64,000 nucleotides of DNA from Armatimonadota bacterium (GTDB taxonomy: Bacteria; Armatimonadota; UBA5829). The stretch is taken from the NCBI GenBank assembly GCA_039679645.1, contig JBDKUO010000067.1, positions 28,208 to 92,207 of the forward strand, given 5' to 3'. Below the pieces are notes generated by a model. It worked only from the letters and a program-made list of their open reading frames with translations. It had not been told where the DNA came from and searched no databases. The position numbers and the translations under genes were made by a program. This document shows, piece by piece, positions 45,728 to 56,319 of the stretch. Numbering within the stretch: position 1 is the stretch's first letter; every line of letters starts with the position of its first letter.

Positions 45728-47146
45728 ATGACAACCCGACGCGGCAGACTGCCGTATGTAGATAAAGATTATGATTCTATCCGTGAGGAGCTTATATCTC
45801 GGATTCCTCAACTCACTGAACGCTGGACTGACTTCAACTCGAGTGACCTGGGTGTAGTGCTCCTCGAGTTGTTCTCAGGGATCGCGGATATGCTCACATA
45901 CTATATCGACTCCCAGGCGGCCGAATGCTATCTTCCGACAGCACGGCAGCGGCAGAACATCATAAATCTGTGCTCACTGATAAGCTACAAGCTCCATGGA
46001 CCAATTGCTGCAAGCACTCAAGTTCAGTTCACACTGGATCAGGCGTTGACATGCGGCATCCTGATTCCATCCGGCACGGCGCTCCTGGCGCCGGACGAGG
46101 CCCTCGAGGTGCCCTTCATCACCGTTCAGGATGTGAGCATCCCCGCTGGTCAGACTCAGTGTGATGTGGATGCAATCCAGGGTCAACTCGTGATAGAAGA
46201 GTTTGTAAGCACCGGTATCGCCTGCTCAAGTATAAAACTGGCCCGCACGGATGTGGCACACGGCTCTATTCAAGTGTCGGTATCCGGCGTTGAGTGGACA
46301 CAGGTCGAACACTTCGTCGAAAGCAGTTCTGACGATACGCACTACGTTCTTGCTACAGACGGATTGGACAATGTGTCTATCATATTCGGCGACGGCAAGA
46401 ATGGAGCTTTCCCTGGTAATGGAAAACAGATACAGGTAACGTATCTGGCGACGTTTGGTTCCGACGGCAATCTCGCGCCTCACCGGATTACGAAGATGCT
46501 GTCTACCATATATATGCAAAGCGGCGAGAGCGTGCGTTTTACAATTGACAACCCCATCGCGGCAACGGGTGGGGCGGACAGGGAATCGCAGGAGCATGCA
46601 AAGCTCGTGGCCCCGGCTACCGTGAAGTCCACCTGGAAAGCTGTGACAAGGGATGACTACATTGCTCTGTGTCTTGCGTTCCCAGGCGTGGCTAAGGCTA
46701 AGATTCAGGACATAAATGATGATCCCGGCCTGCTGATCTACAGCGTCAGGATTTGTATCGCGCCGGAGGGCGGCGGGCTGCCGTCGCCTCTCTTGAAGTC
46801 TCAGATCCTCGACTATCTTGATTCGAGGCGGCTTCTGACGATAGATGCTGGTATAGTCGATCCGGTCTACATTGCGGTCGATGTCAGTGCCGATCTCTAC
46901 ATATACCCAGGTGAGGTTATTGAAACAGTCCGTGAGCGGGCACAACAGGCACTGGAAAATTACTTCGACTTCGATAACCAGGACTTCGGACAAAAGCTTT
47001 ATCTGTCCGACCTGATAGTGCTTCTGGACGGAGTGCAAGGTGTGAGCCATGTGGTCCTTCGTGAGCCATTCGCGGATGTTCTTCCAGGAATACGCGAGAT
47101 ACCGGTTCTAGGCAGCGTGGCGCTCACCATAGCGGAGGTGCAGTGA
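45728..47146 (+). CDS. Baseplate J-like protein
   Basis: 472 aa following gpW-like gene; Baseplate_J-like layout. Confidence 0.7.
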   Translation: MTTRRGRLPYVDKDYDSIREELISRIPQLTERWTDFNSSDLGVVLLELFSGIADMLTYYIDSQAAECYLPTARQRQNIINLCSLISYKLHGPIAASTQVQFTLDQALTCGILIPSGTALLAPDEALEVPFITVQDVSIPAGQTQCDVDAIQGQLVIEEFVSTGIACSSIKLARTDVAHGSIQVSVSGVEWTQVEHFVESSSDDTHYVLATDGLDNVSIIFGDGKNGAFPGNGKQIQVTYLATFGSDGNLAPHRITKMLSTIYMQSGESVRFTIDNPIAATGGADRESQEHAKLVAPATVKSTWKAVTRDDYIALCLAFPGVAKAKIQDINDDPGLLIYSVRICIAPEGGGLPSPLLKSQILDYLDSRRLLTIDAGIVDPVYIAVDVSADLYIYPGEVIETVRERAQQALENYFDFDNQDFGQKLYLSDLIVLLDGVQGVSHVVLREPFADVLPGIREIPVLGSVALTIAEVQ

Positions 47147-47685
47147 TGAAGCCATTTGCCGAGAGATTGTTGGAAATGCTGCCTGACATATATGCGGAAT
47201 GCGATACCTCCGGGGATTTAAAGGCGCTGCTTGCAGTAATAGGGCCAACACTTGATGAACTGAAATCCCGCATAGACGGCATTACCAGTCTTGCGTCACC
47301 TGTCGATTGTCTGCCGGATTTCCTGGCGTATCTTGCTGCCTTAATCGGTGCAACGTTTGACACGACGACGAGCCCGACGCCTCAGCGCAGGAGTATTCAG
47401 GAAGCCATAGAGAGATACAGGCGCACCGGCACTACAGCCGCGCTTGTCCGAGACCTTGCCAGGCTAGGCTGGGCAGGCGAAATAGTCGAGACTTACCATT
47501 CGGTTCTACGCCTGAATTACAACGCGAAACTCAATCACCAGAAACTGCCGGGCATAAAATACAACCACGGGATTTATGGAATTACTCAGCCACTGGAGGA
47601 TAGTGAGTTCCTGGAGATAGCCGCCAGGCACCAGCCGGCAGGAACAATTTGTTGGATCGAAGAGGAGGAGATTGAAATATCATGA
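47143..47685 (+). CDS. Tail protein I (P2 gpI-like)
   Basis: LLEMLPDIYAECDTSGDL...LPDFLAYLAALIG pattern; 180 aa; position. Confidence 0.55.
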   Translation: MMKPFAERLLEMLPDIYAECDTSGDLKALLAVIGPTLDELKSRIDGITSLASPVDCLPDFLAYLAALIGATFDTTTSPTPQRRSIQEAIERYRRTGTTAALVRDLARLGWAGEIVETYHSVLRLNYNAKLNHQKLPGIKYNHGIYGITQPLEDSEFLEIAARHQPAGTICWIEEEEIEIS

Positions 47686-49397
47686 CCGACAGTACATTCG
47701 ACGCGGCTAGAAACTACAAGAAAATCTGCTACAGGGTGGACAGGGACCTCTTGAATACCGAACTCAACGAAGCCCAAGACATAGCGGCTCACGAAAGAAT
47801 GGCCCTCCTCGATAAGATTCTAGCGCCGGGGACGATCCTTTCGGGCTTGGTGGGAACTGTAGCTGGCAGCGATGTGACAATTGCCGATGGTATCGTCTAT
47901 ATCGACGGCTGCGCTGTGAATGTTCCTGGCGCAGCGCTGTCGTTTCCAGCGTCCGGCGACTACATTATATATGTGGATGTGTTCCGCAGAGAGGTCACGG
48001 CATCAGAAGATGCGTCCCTCGTGAATCCGCTCACCGGAGAGCCGACAGCAGAACGAGAGAAATGGATCGCCGCGCTGCAGACACGCGATACGTCAGGTGA
48101 TCCGCTCCCAGAGGGAGCGCTGTCCAGAACAGTTGTGCCGGTGTACACCTTTGATGTCGACACAGGAGAACTTCGACCATATGTCTGCATCTCCAGTCAA
48201 GGCAGCGACATCCTTTCGATACTGGCGGATCACATCGGTCATGCCGGACTGGAACGCCACCCGGCTGTAAGTTCAGAATCCGCTGGTTTCATGACACCGA
48301 CCCAGCTTGCCGATCTTGAATCCAAGGCTGAGAATACCGACCTGACAGCCCTATCGAGCGCTCTGAACACACACAAATCATCATCCGATCACGACGGCAG
48401 GTATTTTACCGAGACCGAGTCCAATGCGAACTTCGCTCCGAAATCCCATGTCGGTTCGGGCGGCACAGCTCACTCGAATGCAACTACTTCAACTGCGGGA
48501 TTTATGGCACCTGCTGATAAGACTCAAATTGGCGACCACGAGACACGTATCGATACAATAGAGGCTGCACTGCCCGGAAAAGCTGATAATGCGGACGTGA
48601 CCGCTGTCTCCAATGCCTTGAGCGCACACAAATCGTCATCAGATCATGATGGCCGATATTACACAGAAACCGAATCCAATGCCAACTTTGCTCCACACTC
48701 ACACATCGGTTCCGGCGGCACGGCTCACTCAGATGCAACCACATCCGACGCTGGTTTTATGGCACCGGCGGACAAGACCCAGCTTGCAGATCATGAGACC
48801 AGGATAGACGCAGTTGAGGCTGCGCTCCCTGAGAAGGCCACAGAAGTTGAACTGCAGGTGCTTGCGACTGCATTTACCTGGCACAGGACATCTAATGACC
48901 ACGATGGGACATATTACCCTAAAACAGAGTCCAATGCCAGATATTCGCCCCTGCGCTACTTCCAGGACCAGATGAAATGGTACTGCGGATACAGCTATGA
49001 TGGCGTCAGTTTGTTGGAATATGGAGTAATGTCCGCGAATAACGGCATGATCTGGCAGGGCAAGTGCGACGCCAACTCCGAGCATAAATTAATGACTCAC
49101 CTGAAAGCTACGTCATACACGATAACAGCGCTTTTCGAGTTCTATCACATAACCGGCACCCTGACAATGGAAACCGGCAGCAGGGTAACCCTCGGTGACC
49201 CCGGCACGTATCCGCCGAAGGTTCCGGGAGGCAAAATATATCTGGTGCAAATCTATCCCGACAGCTACACAAATGCGATTATCCATGTGTCCGGATCGGG
49301 GGATGTAGGGTTCAGTCTGAATATTTTCCCGGGCGATAACCGCCAGCTTTGCCGTGCATTCGATCCCGGCCATGAAGACGACCAGTCGTATACATAG
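47682..49397 (+). CDS. Tail fibre protein with three tandem ~67-aa repeats
   Basis: Repeats SSDHDGRY(F/Y)TETESNANFAP(K/H)SH(V/I)GSGGTAHS(N/D)ATTS.AGFMAPADKTQ..DHETRID..EAALP x3 (approx nt 48370-48960). Confidence 0.65.
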   Translation: MTDSTFDAARNYKKICYRVDRDLLNTELNEAQDIAAHERMALLDKILAPGTILSGLVGTVAGSDVTIADGIVYIDGCAVNVPGAALSFPASGDYIIYVDVFRREVTASEDASLVNPLTGEPTAEREKWIAALQTRDTSGDPLPEGALSRTVVPVYTFDVDTGELRPYVCISSQGSDILSILADHIGHAGLERHPAVSSESAGFMTPTQLADLESKAENTDLTALSSALNTHKSSSDHDGRYFTETESNANFAPKSHVGSGGTAHSNATTSTAGFMAPADKTQIGDHETRIDTIEAALPGKADNADVTAVSNALSAHKSSSDHDGRYYTETESNANFAPHSHIGSGGTAHSDATTSDAGFMAPADKTQLADHETRIDAVEAALPEKATEVELQVLATAFTWHRTSNDHDGTYYPKTESNARYSPLRYFQDQMKWYCGYSYDGVSLLEYGVMSANNGMIWQGKCDANSEHKLMTHLKATSYTITALFEFYHITGTLTMETGSRVTLGDPGTYPPKVPGGKIYLVQIYPDSYTNAIIHVSGSGDVGFSLNIFPGDNRQLCRAFDPGHEDDQSYT

Positions 49398-49540
49398 AAT
49401 AACAAACACACTCTGACTGGATAATCCGCGTGTCAATACCAGTTTCTCGCTGAACACTCTCAATTGACTTGACATCCCTGCGTGTTCGAGGTAATTCATC
49501 ATTGGTGATGAACACTACCAGATCAATACGGAGGTATCAA

Positions 49541-50217
49541 GTGATAGATTTTCGTGAACTGAAATTCGGAGTGGAGATAGAGACTACCGGCAAGTCGCGC
49601 GGAGCCGTGGCTAAGGGGATCCAGTCCGTGGTCGGCGGCACCATTGAGCATACAGGTCAGCCCGCTGCCTACGATCCTCACACGGTAACAGATCCAAATA
49701 GCAGACAATGGAAAGTGGTTGCCGACGCGTCACTATCCGATGCACCTGCCAACCTTAGAGCTGAGATAGTAACGCCTATTCTTACATATCGGGACATACC
49801 TGTGCTGCAGGATGTTGTCAGAGCCGTGCGCAGAACAGGCGCGCAGGCCACACAGACCTGCGGGTGCCATATACTGTAGATGGTTCGCATTTCGATGGCC
49901 GTACCCTCGCCAACCTCATGAAGATCTTCTATAAGCAGCAGGAGCTTATCATCCAGGCACTCGGTGTTAGAGCGGACAGGCTGGCTAAATATACCAAGCG
50001 GATCGATCCTGACCTGATAAGGAGAATAGACTGCAAGCGCCCCAAGACGCTCGATGAGATGAATAAGCTGTGGTATGGCGCATTCAATTCCTCACCACAG
50101 CACTATGATAGCCAACGCTATTATGTTGCGGCTCGAATTATGTTGCGCCGGGCCGCGATTCGTGCGGCCCGACTGCGGATTGCGCTACATAATATATCAC
50201 CCTGCCGTATTTGGTAA
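49541..50217 (+). pseudogene. Amidoligase_2-like (glutamine synthetase-fold COOH-NH2 ligase) gene, frameshifted near 49864-49879 and C-terminally truncated by RIT insertion
   Basis: N-terminus VIDFRELKFGVEIETTGKSRG (FGxExE); ...TQTCGCHIL* then -1 frame continues VDGSHFDGRTL...; last ~36 codons are encoded by the RIT-1 terminal inverted repeat. Confidence 0.5.
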
Positions 50218-50266
50218 TGGAGCTTCGGATTGGTTCCGGGGCTTACATTAACCAAGAGGTGTTTCT

Positions 50267-51523
50267 ATGTTGGAATATTACTTTAGCGATCCCACTCGGC
50301 TGCGCCAGCTTCGTCGTGGGCCGCTCGTCCAGTATCTGGACGGCATGGCTGCCGAATTGCGACGGCACGGCTATCAGAAGACCACCGGAGTCAACATCCT
50401 GGGATTGGCCGGACAGTTCAGTCGGTTCCTTTCCACCTGCGGGATCTCCGATGCCAGCGAAATCAGCGAGGAACTGGGACAGAAGTTCGTTGATGAGGAA
50501 CTTGTGCCCATGGGAGTTTTTCGCGGAGCAGCCAATGCAATCGTCCACGTTCTCAGGTATCTCAGACAGTCCGGCATCATAGCAGAGGTCGAGAAACCGC
50601 ATGTAGATGACCCTTGCGCGGATATCATCAAGCGCTACATCACCTATCTACGCGATATTCGTGGTCTGAGCTTTGCTACCTGCGATGGCTACACACGATC
50701 CGTACGACGCTTCCTCGCTTTTCATATCGAGCGCCATAAGAAGTTGGAATTCTCGGCTCTCGATGGCCCCGAGGTACTCGACTATATAACCACTTGGGCA
50801 AACTACGCCTCCAGCCGGTCCTGGGTACACAACCTTGCAACCAACACACGCTCGTTCCTGGGATTCTTACGCTGGGAAAACCTCATTGACCGCGATCTTG
50901 AGCGTGTTGTGCCGTCACTACGCCGGTGGCGACTGGCCACGGTTCCCAGCCATCTACCTTGGGAACAGGTTCGCGAGATAATTGACGGCGTGAATGCCGC
51001 TTCGCCCGAAGGCATGCGCGACCGGGCTATTCTGCTCTTGCTTGCCACGCTTGGGCTGCGAAACTACGACGTGCGCACGATGGAATTCTCACACATCGAC
51101 TGGCGTGAAAGCGTGATTCGCCTGCCGAAAACCAAGAACTTGCGCGCTCGCGTTCTACCGATGTCGCAGGAGCTGGGCGAAGCCATTGCCGACTACATTC
51201 TCAATGGCCGCCCACACACCGATTTGCCCTTCGTATTTATCCGCCACAAGGCGCCTGTCAGTGCGTTCACCACATCCCCCGCCATAACGGGTATTGTGCA
51301 AAGACATGTAAAGCGTCTTGGTATTCCGACATGGGCCGGTCATCGCGGTTCTCACCTGCTGCGCCACAGCTTGGCGAGCAAGATGGTCAACTCAGGCTCT
51401 TCCATAAAGGGAGTCGCCGACATGCTCGGCCACGCCTGTATAGACACCACGGCCATATACACGAAAGTCGATACCGTTCACTTGATGGAGGTTGCATTGC
51501 CGCTACCCGGAGGAGTGAAATGA
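50267..51523 (+). CDS. Tyrosine recombinase RitA-like (element 1)
   Basis: 418 aa; RDRAILLLL, HLLRHSLASK, TAIYTKV catalytic motifs. Confidence 0.8.
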   Translation: MLEYYFSDPTRLRQLRRGPLVQYLDGMAAELRRHGYQKTTGVNILGLAGQFSRFLSTCGISDASEISEELGQKFVDEELVPMGVFRGAANAIVHVLRYLRQSGIIAEVEKPHVDDPCADIIKRYITYLRDIRGLSFATCDGYTRSVRRFLAFHIERHKKLEFSALDGPEVLDYITTWANYASSRSWVHNLATNTRSFLGFLRWENLIDRDLERVVPSLRRWRLATVPSHLPWEQVREIIDGVNAASPEGMRDRAILLLLATLGLRNYDVRTMEFSHIDWRESVIRLPKTKNLRARVLPMSQELGEAIADYILNGRPHTDLPFVFIRHKAPVSAFTTSPAITGIVQRHVKRLGIPTWAGHRGSHLLRHSLASKMVNSGSSIKGVADMLGHACIDTTAIYTKVDTVHLMEVALPLPGGVK

Positions 51524-52485
51524 GCAACTATTGCTTTCGAAGCATCTTTGCCGAATACCTGATAAGATACATCAACCTGCGGCGCAGCTTCGGTTTGAAG
51601 TTCGCCAGTCAGTCAGGCATCCTACATAAGTTCGACGGCTACGTTTATGACCTTAGCCACACTGGGCTGCTTACACAAGAGTTAGCGATTGGGTTTGCCA
51701 CTGCCAACCCGAATGTTACTGCTCAGGAATGCGCTCGTCGCTATGCTACCATACGTAACTTCTCGGACTTCCTTGCCACGTTCGAGCCGCAGACACCACT
51801 TCTGGATCCCAAGGCTCTGTATGCGCGGCGGGTGCGTCCGCCTGCACATATCTATTCGGAAGAAGAACTCGTTCGCCTGCTCGAACTTGCCAAGCGGATC
51901 GCGCCAAAGAATCCTATGAGAGGGTTTGCCTTACATGCAATGGTCGGTCTGGCCGCAGGAACCGGTCTGAGGATTAGCGAAGTGGTTGCTCTTGACCGTG
52001 CGGATGTGGACATGAAATCGGGTGTCATAATGGTGCGGCGCACGAAGTTTTTCAAGGACCGCCTGGTGCCGGTGCATTCAACTGTTCTGGCAGTTCTTAA
52101 TCAGTATGCTCGCCTGCGCGACGCGGCACATCCCCAGTCGCAGAGCCCGGCGTTCTTTCTTCACCAATGGGGACGACGCTTCTCGAAGCATACTCTGCAG
52201 ATGACCTACTGGGATCTTACTCGACGTGCAGGGTTGCGGGGTGACAGCGGAGACGGCCCCACATTCCATGATCTTCGCCACACCTTCGCTGTCAGGAGAT
52301 TGGCCGCATGGTATCGAGAAGGCAAGGATGTGAATGCCATGCTGCCCATGCTGGCGACATACATGGGCCACGCTCATTACACCGATACCGCCTACTATAT
52401 TACGGCGATCCCCGAACTGATGGAACTTGCTGCCCAGCGCGCACGAACAAGCCAAACAAGTTCGGACAAGGAGGCAACTCGATGA
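51520..52485 (+). CDS. Tyrosine recombinase RitB-like (element 1)
   Basis: 321 aa; ATGA overlap with previous; HDLRHTFAV, TAYYITA. Confidence 0.8.
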   Translation: MSNYCFRSIFAEYLIRYINLRRSFGLKFASQSGILHKFDGYVYDLSHTGLLTQELAIGFATANPNVTAQECARRYATIRNFSDFLATFEPQTPLLDPKALYARRVRPPAHIYSEEELVRLLELAKRIAPKNPMRGFALHAMVGLAAGTGLRISEVVALDRADVDMKSGVIMVRRTKFFKDRLVPVHSTVLAVLNQYARLRDAAHPQSQSPAFFLHQWGRRFSKHTLQMTYWDLTRRAGLRGDSGDGPTFHDLRHTFAVRRLAAWYREGKDVNAMLPMLATYMGHAHYTDTAYYITAIPELMELAAQRARTSQTSSDKEATR

Positions 52486-53492
52486 GCGCAAAGCCTCAAA
52501 CTCTAGCAACCCTCATCGAAAGCTACTTCAAACAGCGACTGATAGCTCAACGGCACTCAAGCCGAGAGACGATTGCCTCTTACCGGGAGAGTTTACGGCT
52601 TCTTGCCGTATTTGCATCCGAGTGTTTACATACGGCTCCAGAGAAGCTGACCATTGAGAATCTCGACCGAGAGGTAGTCCTTGCTTTCCTAGATTACCTT
52701 GAACAGACACGCTGCAACTGTATTCGCACCCGCAACAGTCGTCTAGCCGCAATCCGCTCGTTCCTTAAGTATGTGGCGTATTTGGACCCAACTGCAATGG
52801 GCGTGGTTCAGCGAGTATTGGCAATACCGAGTAAGAGAACGGTCAAGCCGATACTTGGATATCTTACCCGAGAAGAACTCGATGTTCTTCTCAGCGTTCC
52901 GGACCGCAACAGCAGACAAGGACGCCGTGACTATGCGCTGTTGCTCTTTATGGCTCGCACCGGCGCGCGAGTATCGGAAGCTGTTGGGGTCAACGCGAGT
53001 GACCTGCGTTTGAATCATCCATGTCAGGTGCTTCTGCGTGGAAAAGGCGGAAAGGAGCGTGTTACGCCGATGAAATCTGACATTTCGGATATCTTGAACA
53101 CACTTTGCGGGGAAATGAATATTGCGCCAAACACAAATGCCGCTGTCTTCGTCAGCATGGCCGGCAAACGGCTCACGCGTCACGGAGTCACACATTTGAT
53201 GCGGCGCACCGTACCCATAGCGGTTGCGAACATGCCGATACTGGCAAGGAAGACGATCACGCCTCACACCCTTCGTCATACTACAGCAATGCACCTGCTG
53301 CAGGATGGAATCGATCTGAATATGATTCGTTCATGGCTGGGACATGTCAGCCTCGACACGACTCATCAGTACGTTGAGGCTGACGTGGAGATGAAACGTT
53401 GTATATTAGAGCAGTGCGGGGTAGTTGAAGCCGGGCAGATGCGCTACCAACCAACGGACAAATTGTTGGCACTACTGGAGAGCCTGTGCTGA
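52482..53492 (+). CDS. Tyrosine recombinase RitC-like (element 1)
   Basis: 336 aa; ATGA overlap; HTLRHTTAMHL, THQYVEAD. Confidence 0.8.
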   Translation: MSAKPQTLATLIESYFKQRLIAQRHSSRETIASYRESLRLLAVFASECLHTAPEKLTIENLDREVVLAFLDYLEQTRCNCIRTRNSRLAAIRSFLKYVAYLDPTAMGVVQRVLAIPSKRTVKPILGYLTREELDVLLSVPDRNSRQGRRDYALLLFMARTGARVSEAVGVNASDLRLNHPCQVLLRGKGGKERVTPMKSDISDILNTLCGEMNIAPNTNAAVFVSMAGKRLTRHGVTHLMRRTVPIAVANMPILARKTITPHTLRHTTAMHLLQDGIDLNMIRSWLGHVSLDTTHQYVEADVEMKRCILEQCGVVEAGQMRYQPTDKLLALLESLC

Positions 53493-53569
53493 TTATTATG
53501 TGACGCAAATCGAGTGCCGGGCCGCACGAATCGCGGCCCGGCGCAACATAATTCGAGCCGCAACATAAT

Positions 53570-53599
53570 AGCGTTTATGTAGCGCGCTACATAAACGCT
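53570..53599. repeat. Perfect 30-bp palindrome agcgtttatgtagcgcgctacataaacgct at outer edge of RIT-1; related palindrome ttatgtggcgcgccacataa at 53859-53879
   Basis: Read directly; both lie in the 310-bp spacer between the two RIT elements. Confidence 0.8.
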
Positions 53600-54112
53600 A
53601 CTGTGTTTTGAACCTTTCCTCTATGTTCTATAGAGGCAGCATAGAGATGAGGGCTGCGAATTCCACACTGCACGCTGGAGTAATCCGAGGTTATGTGACA
53701 TTCGTGCTTGCACTCGCCGCGAAGGCTCTAAACAATCGCTGCGCATCCGGACGACCCAGAGAATACAATCCCCAGAGTGCTAAGTATGACTTTCGGGTCT
53801 TTGCATGCATCAATCTCGGGCTTATAGGCGATGAGTTCAAAAATGTGAGAAAGCACCTGTTATGTGGCGCGCCACATAGCAAGTGTTATGCGTCGCGTGC
53901 GATTATGTGGCGTCGGGTGCTTTTTCAGGCTCCCCGACGCCGGTTTTGCGATACATAACAATCCCTACCAGATGATTCACGCTTGGTTCGGCAAATAAGT
54001 CAAGTGCAATCTGAAAGGGATGGGGCTGTATATGAAAGCTTATGCAGAGCCGTATTCCTTGTGGAGGCTCGGATTCGCCCGGGTCTTACATTGTTTCTCT
54101 AGGAGACAAAAC

Positions 54113-55357
54113 ATGCTGGAGTATTACTTCAAATCACCAATCAGAATTCGTCAGTTGCGTTGCGGCCCCATCGCACCTTATCTGGACGGACTTGCTGCGC
54201 GCCTGCATCAGCGGGGTTACTGCTATGGTCAGGCTCACACCATTTTGGGACTTGCTGGCGACTTCAGTCGCTACCTGTCACTAATAGGCATCGGCGACGT
54301 TCACAAGATCACAGAGGACCTTGCCCATCGCTTTTCCGGTGATTTTGCCTCGCACGGTGACTACGAGAAGACCGGTAATATGTTGACCCATCTATTGAAC
54401 CACCTGCGTGACGAGGGTATTGTGCCGGTTCTGGAACAAGAGAGTTCTGCGGATGATCCATTTACAGACATCATCTCACGATATGAGGATTACTTGGCAA
54501 ATGTGCGCGGAGTCGTCGTTAAGACCAGGATATACAGTCGGTCCGCCAGGCGTTTTCTGGATTTCCATCTCAGGCGCCATGGCTGCTTGGATCTTAGAAA
54601 AGTGGACGGTCCACAGATATTGGATTACATTGCCTACTGGGCAAATGTCTCTCAAAGTCGGACCTGGGGACAAATGCTGACCACATGTACCCGGTCATTC
54701 CTGCGGTTTTTGCGCTGGGAAAGCATTGTCGAACAAGACCTAGACCGAGTCGTACCATCCATATTTCGCTACCGACTAGACACGATTCCCAAACACCTGC
54801 CCTGGCAACAGGTGCGAGCGTTAATCGACGGTATGGAGACGCTTTCGCCGCGGGGAAGGCGTGATAAGGCAATCCTGCTGCTACTTGCGACACTCGGACT
54901 CCGCTGTATGGACGTTCGAGATCTCCAACTGGACAATATCATATGGCGCAAGTCCGAGATACACCTGCCGAAGACTAAAAGCATGCGCGCTCGTGTTCTG
55001 CCGCTTACTCAGGAAGTCGGTGATGCCCTGACCGACTATGTCATCCATGGGCGTCCCGCACACAATTCGCGGTATGTATTTCTTACTCACAATGCCCCCA
55101 TAGTGCCCATATCTTGTGAGGCAGTCACGGCCATTGTGTCAAGGAACATCAAACGCGCAGGCATACCAGCCCCTCATTATGGCGCCCACATGCTTAGACA
55201 CAGTCTTGCGGCCAAGATGGTGAATGAGTCAAGACCAATCAAGGAGATAGCAGACATGCTTGGGCACGTCAGCATCGACACTACGGCCATTTATGCCAAG
55301 GTTGACACTACTCATCTGGCGACCGTGGCTCTGCCTTTTCCAGGAGGTGCAAGATGA
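54113..55357 (+). CDS. Tyrosine recombinase RitA-like (element 2)
   Basis: Paralog of 50267-51523 (MLEYYF.. N-terminus, HMLRHSLAAK, TAIYAKV). Confidence 0.8.
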   Translation: MLEYYFKSPIRIRQLRCGPIAPYLDGLAARLHQRGYCYGQAHTILGLAGDFSRYLSLIGIGDVHKITEDLAHRFSGDFASHGDYEKTGNMLTHLLNHLRDEGIVPVLEQESSADDPFTDIISRYEDYLANVRGVVVKTRIYSRSARRFLDFHLRRHGCLDLRKVDGPQILDYIAYWANVSQSRTWGQMLTTCTRSFLRFLRWESIVEQDLDRVVPSIFRYRLDTIPKHLPWQQVRALIDGMETLSPRGRRDKAILLLLATLGLRCMDVRDLQLDNIIWRKSEIHLPKTKSMRARVLPLTQEVGDALTDYVIHGRPAHNSRYVFLTHNAPIVPISCEAVTAIVSRNIKRAGIPAPHYGAHMLRHSLAAKMVNESRPIKEIADMLGHVSIDTTAIYAKVDTTHLATVALPFPGGAR

Positions 55358-56319
55358 GCTACAAATGTCGCAGTTTCCTTGCAGCTTATCTAGAATCCTA
55401 CATCAACCTGCGGCGCAAGCTCGGATGCCAGTTCAGGCAGCAGGCAAATACTCTGCACGAGTTCGACCGATACCTGTGTAAGCACGAATCAGTCGCTAAG
55501 CTGACGCAGGATTTGGCTGTGGATTTCGCCACGTACCGCCCTGAGCTAAGTTCGAAGCATTGTGCTAATCGCTACAACTTTGTACGCAACTTCTCCAGGT
55601 ATCTGGCTGCATTTGAGCCTGAGACTCCACCTTTGAGTCCGAAAGTCCTTTGTCCTCAAAACACTCAGCCTCCGGCCCACATCTATACCGAGTCTGAACT
55701 CGCGCTGCTTCTTCAGTCGACCATGAAATTGACTCCCCAGCACCCAATGCGAGGGCTGACGTTCAGAACAATTATTGGCCTCGCGGCCAGCACGGGGCTG
55801 CGAAACGTGGAGGTAGTCAATCTTGACAAGGCAGACGTGGATTTGGGGTCTGGAGTTCTCCTGGTGCGCGGGACCAAATTCCACAAAGAACGAATTGTGC
55901 CGGTCCATCCTACCACGCTTGTTGAACTGACGAGCTATGCTCGTCTGCGTGATGTTTCGTTTCCCGAGCCGCAAACCCCTGCCTTTTTCCTTAATATGAG
56001 AGGCTGTCGTATTCAGACCCACACAATACAGTGCACATTCTGGAGGCTTACCCAGATCGCCGGACTGCGAGATGAAAGCGGCAAAGGTCCGAGATTTCAC
56101 GACTTGCGCCACACATTCGCGGTTAAAAGGATGGCGAGATGGTATCGCGAGGGAGTTGACGTCCAAGGATTGCTACCTCTGCTTGCCACCTACATGGGAC
56201 ATGTCCACTACAGCAATACCGCATATTATATCACCGCCGTCCCCGAACTGATGGAGCTTGCTACTCAGAGATATCAGACCGCACAGAATACAAGCGGCGA
56301 TGTGGAGGCAAGCAAATGA
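55354..56319 (+). CDS. Tyrosine recombinase RitB-like (element 2)
   Basis: Paralog of 51520-52485; ATGA overlap. Confidence 0.8.
   Translation: MSYKCRSFLAAYLESYINLRRKLGCQFRQQANTLHEFDRYLCKHESVAKLTQDLAVDFATYRPELSSKHCANRYNFVRNFSRYLAAFEPETPPLSPKVLCPQNTQPPAHIYTESELALLLQSTMKLTPQHPMRGLTFRTIIGLAASTGLRNVEVVNLDKADVDLGSGVLLVRGTKFHKERIVPVHPTTLVELTSYARLRDVSFPEPQTPAFFLNMRGCRIQTHTIQCTFWRLTQIAGLRDESGKGPRFHDLRHTFAVKRMARWYREGVDVQGLLPLLATYMGHVHYSNTAYYITAVPELMELATQRYQTAQNTSGDVEASK

Larger units (their letters stand above)
50108..53574. mobile_element. RIT (recombinase in trio) element 1: three tandem overlapping tyrosine recombinase genes flanked by ~85-bp imperfect inverted repeats
   Basis: Left IR 50108-50192 is reverse complement of 53497-53574 (56-nt perfect core acgctattatgttgcggctcgaattatgttgcgccgggccgcgattcgtgcggcccg). 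Confidence 0.75.

Noticed and set aside
53570-53879. Palindromes considered as possible CRISPR repeats
   Set aside because: Only two related palindromic copies with no regular repeat-spacer periodicity. Better explained as RIT-associated recombinase sites.
53608-53958. 116-aa ORF in the spacer between the two RIT elements
   Set aside because: It spans the palindromes and inverted-repeat sequences and is almost certainly non-coding terminal-repeat DNA.
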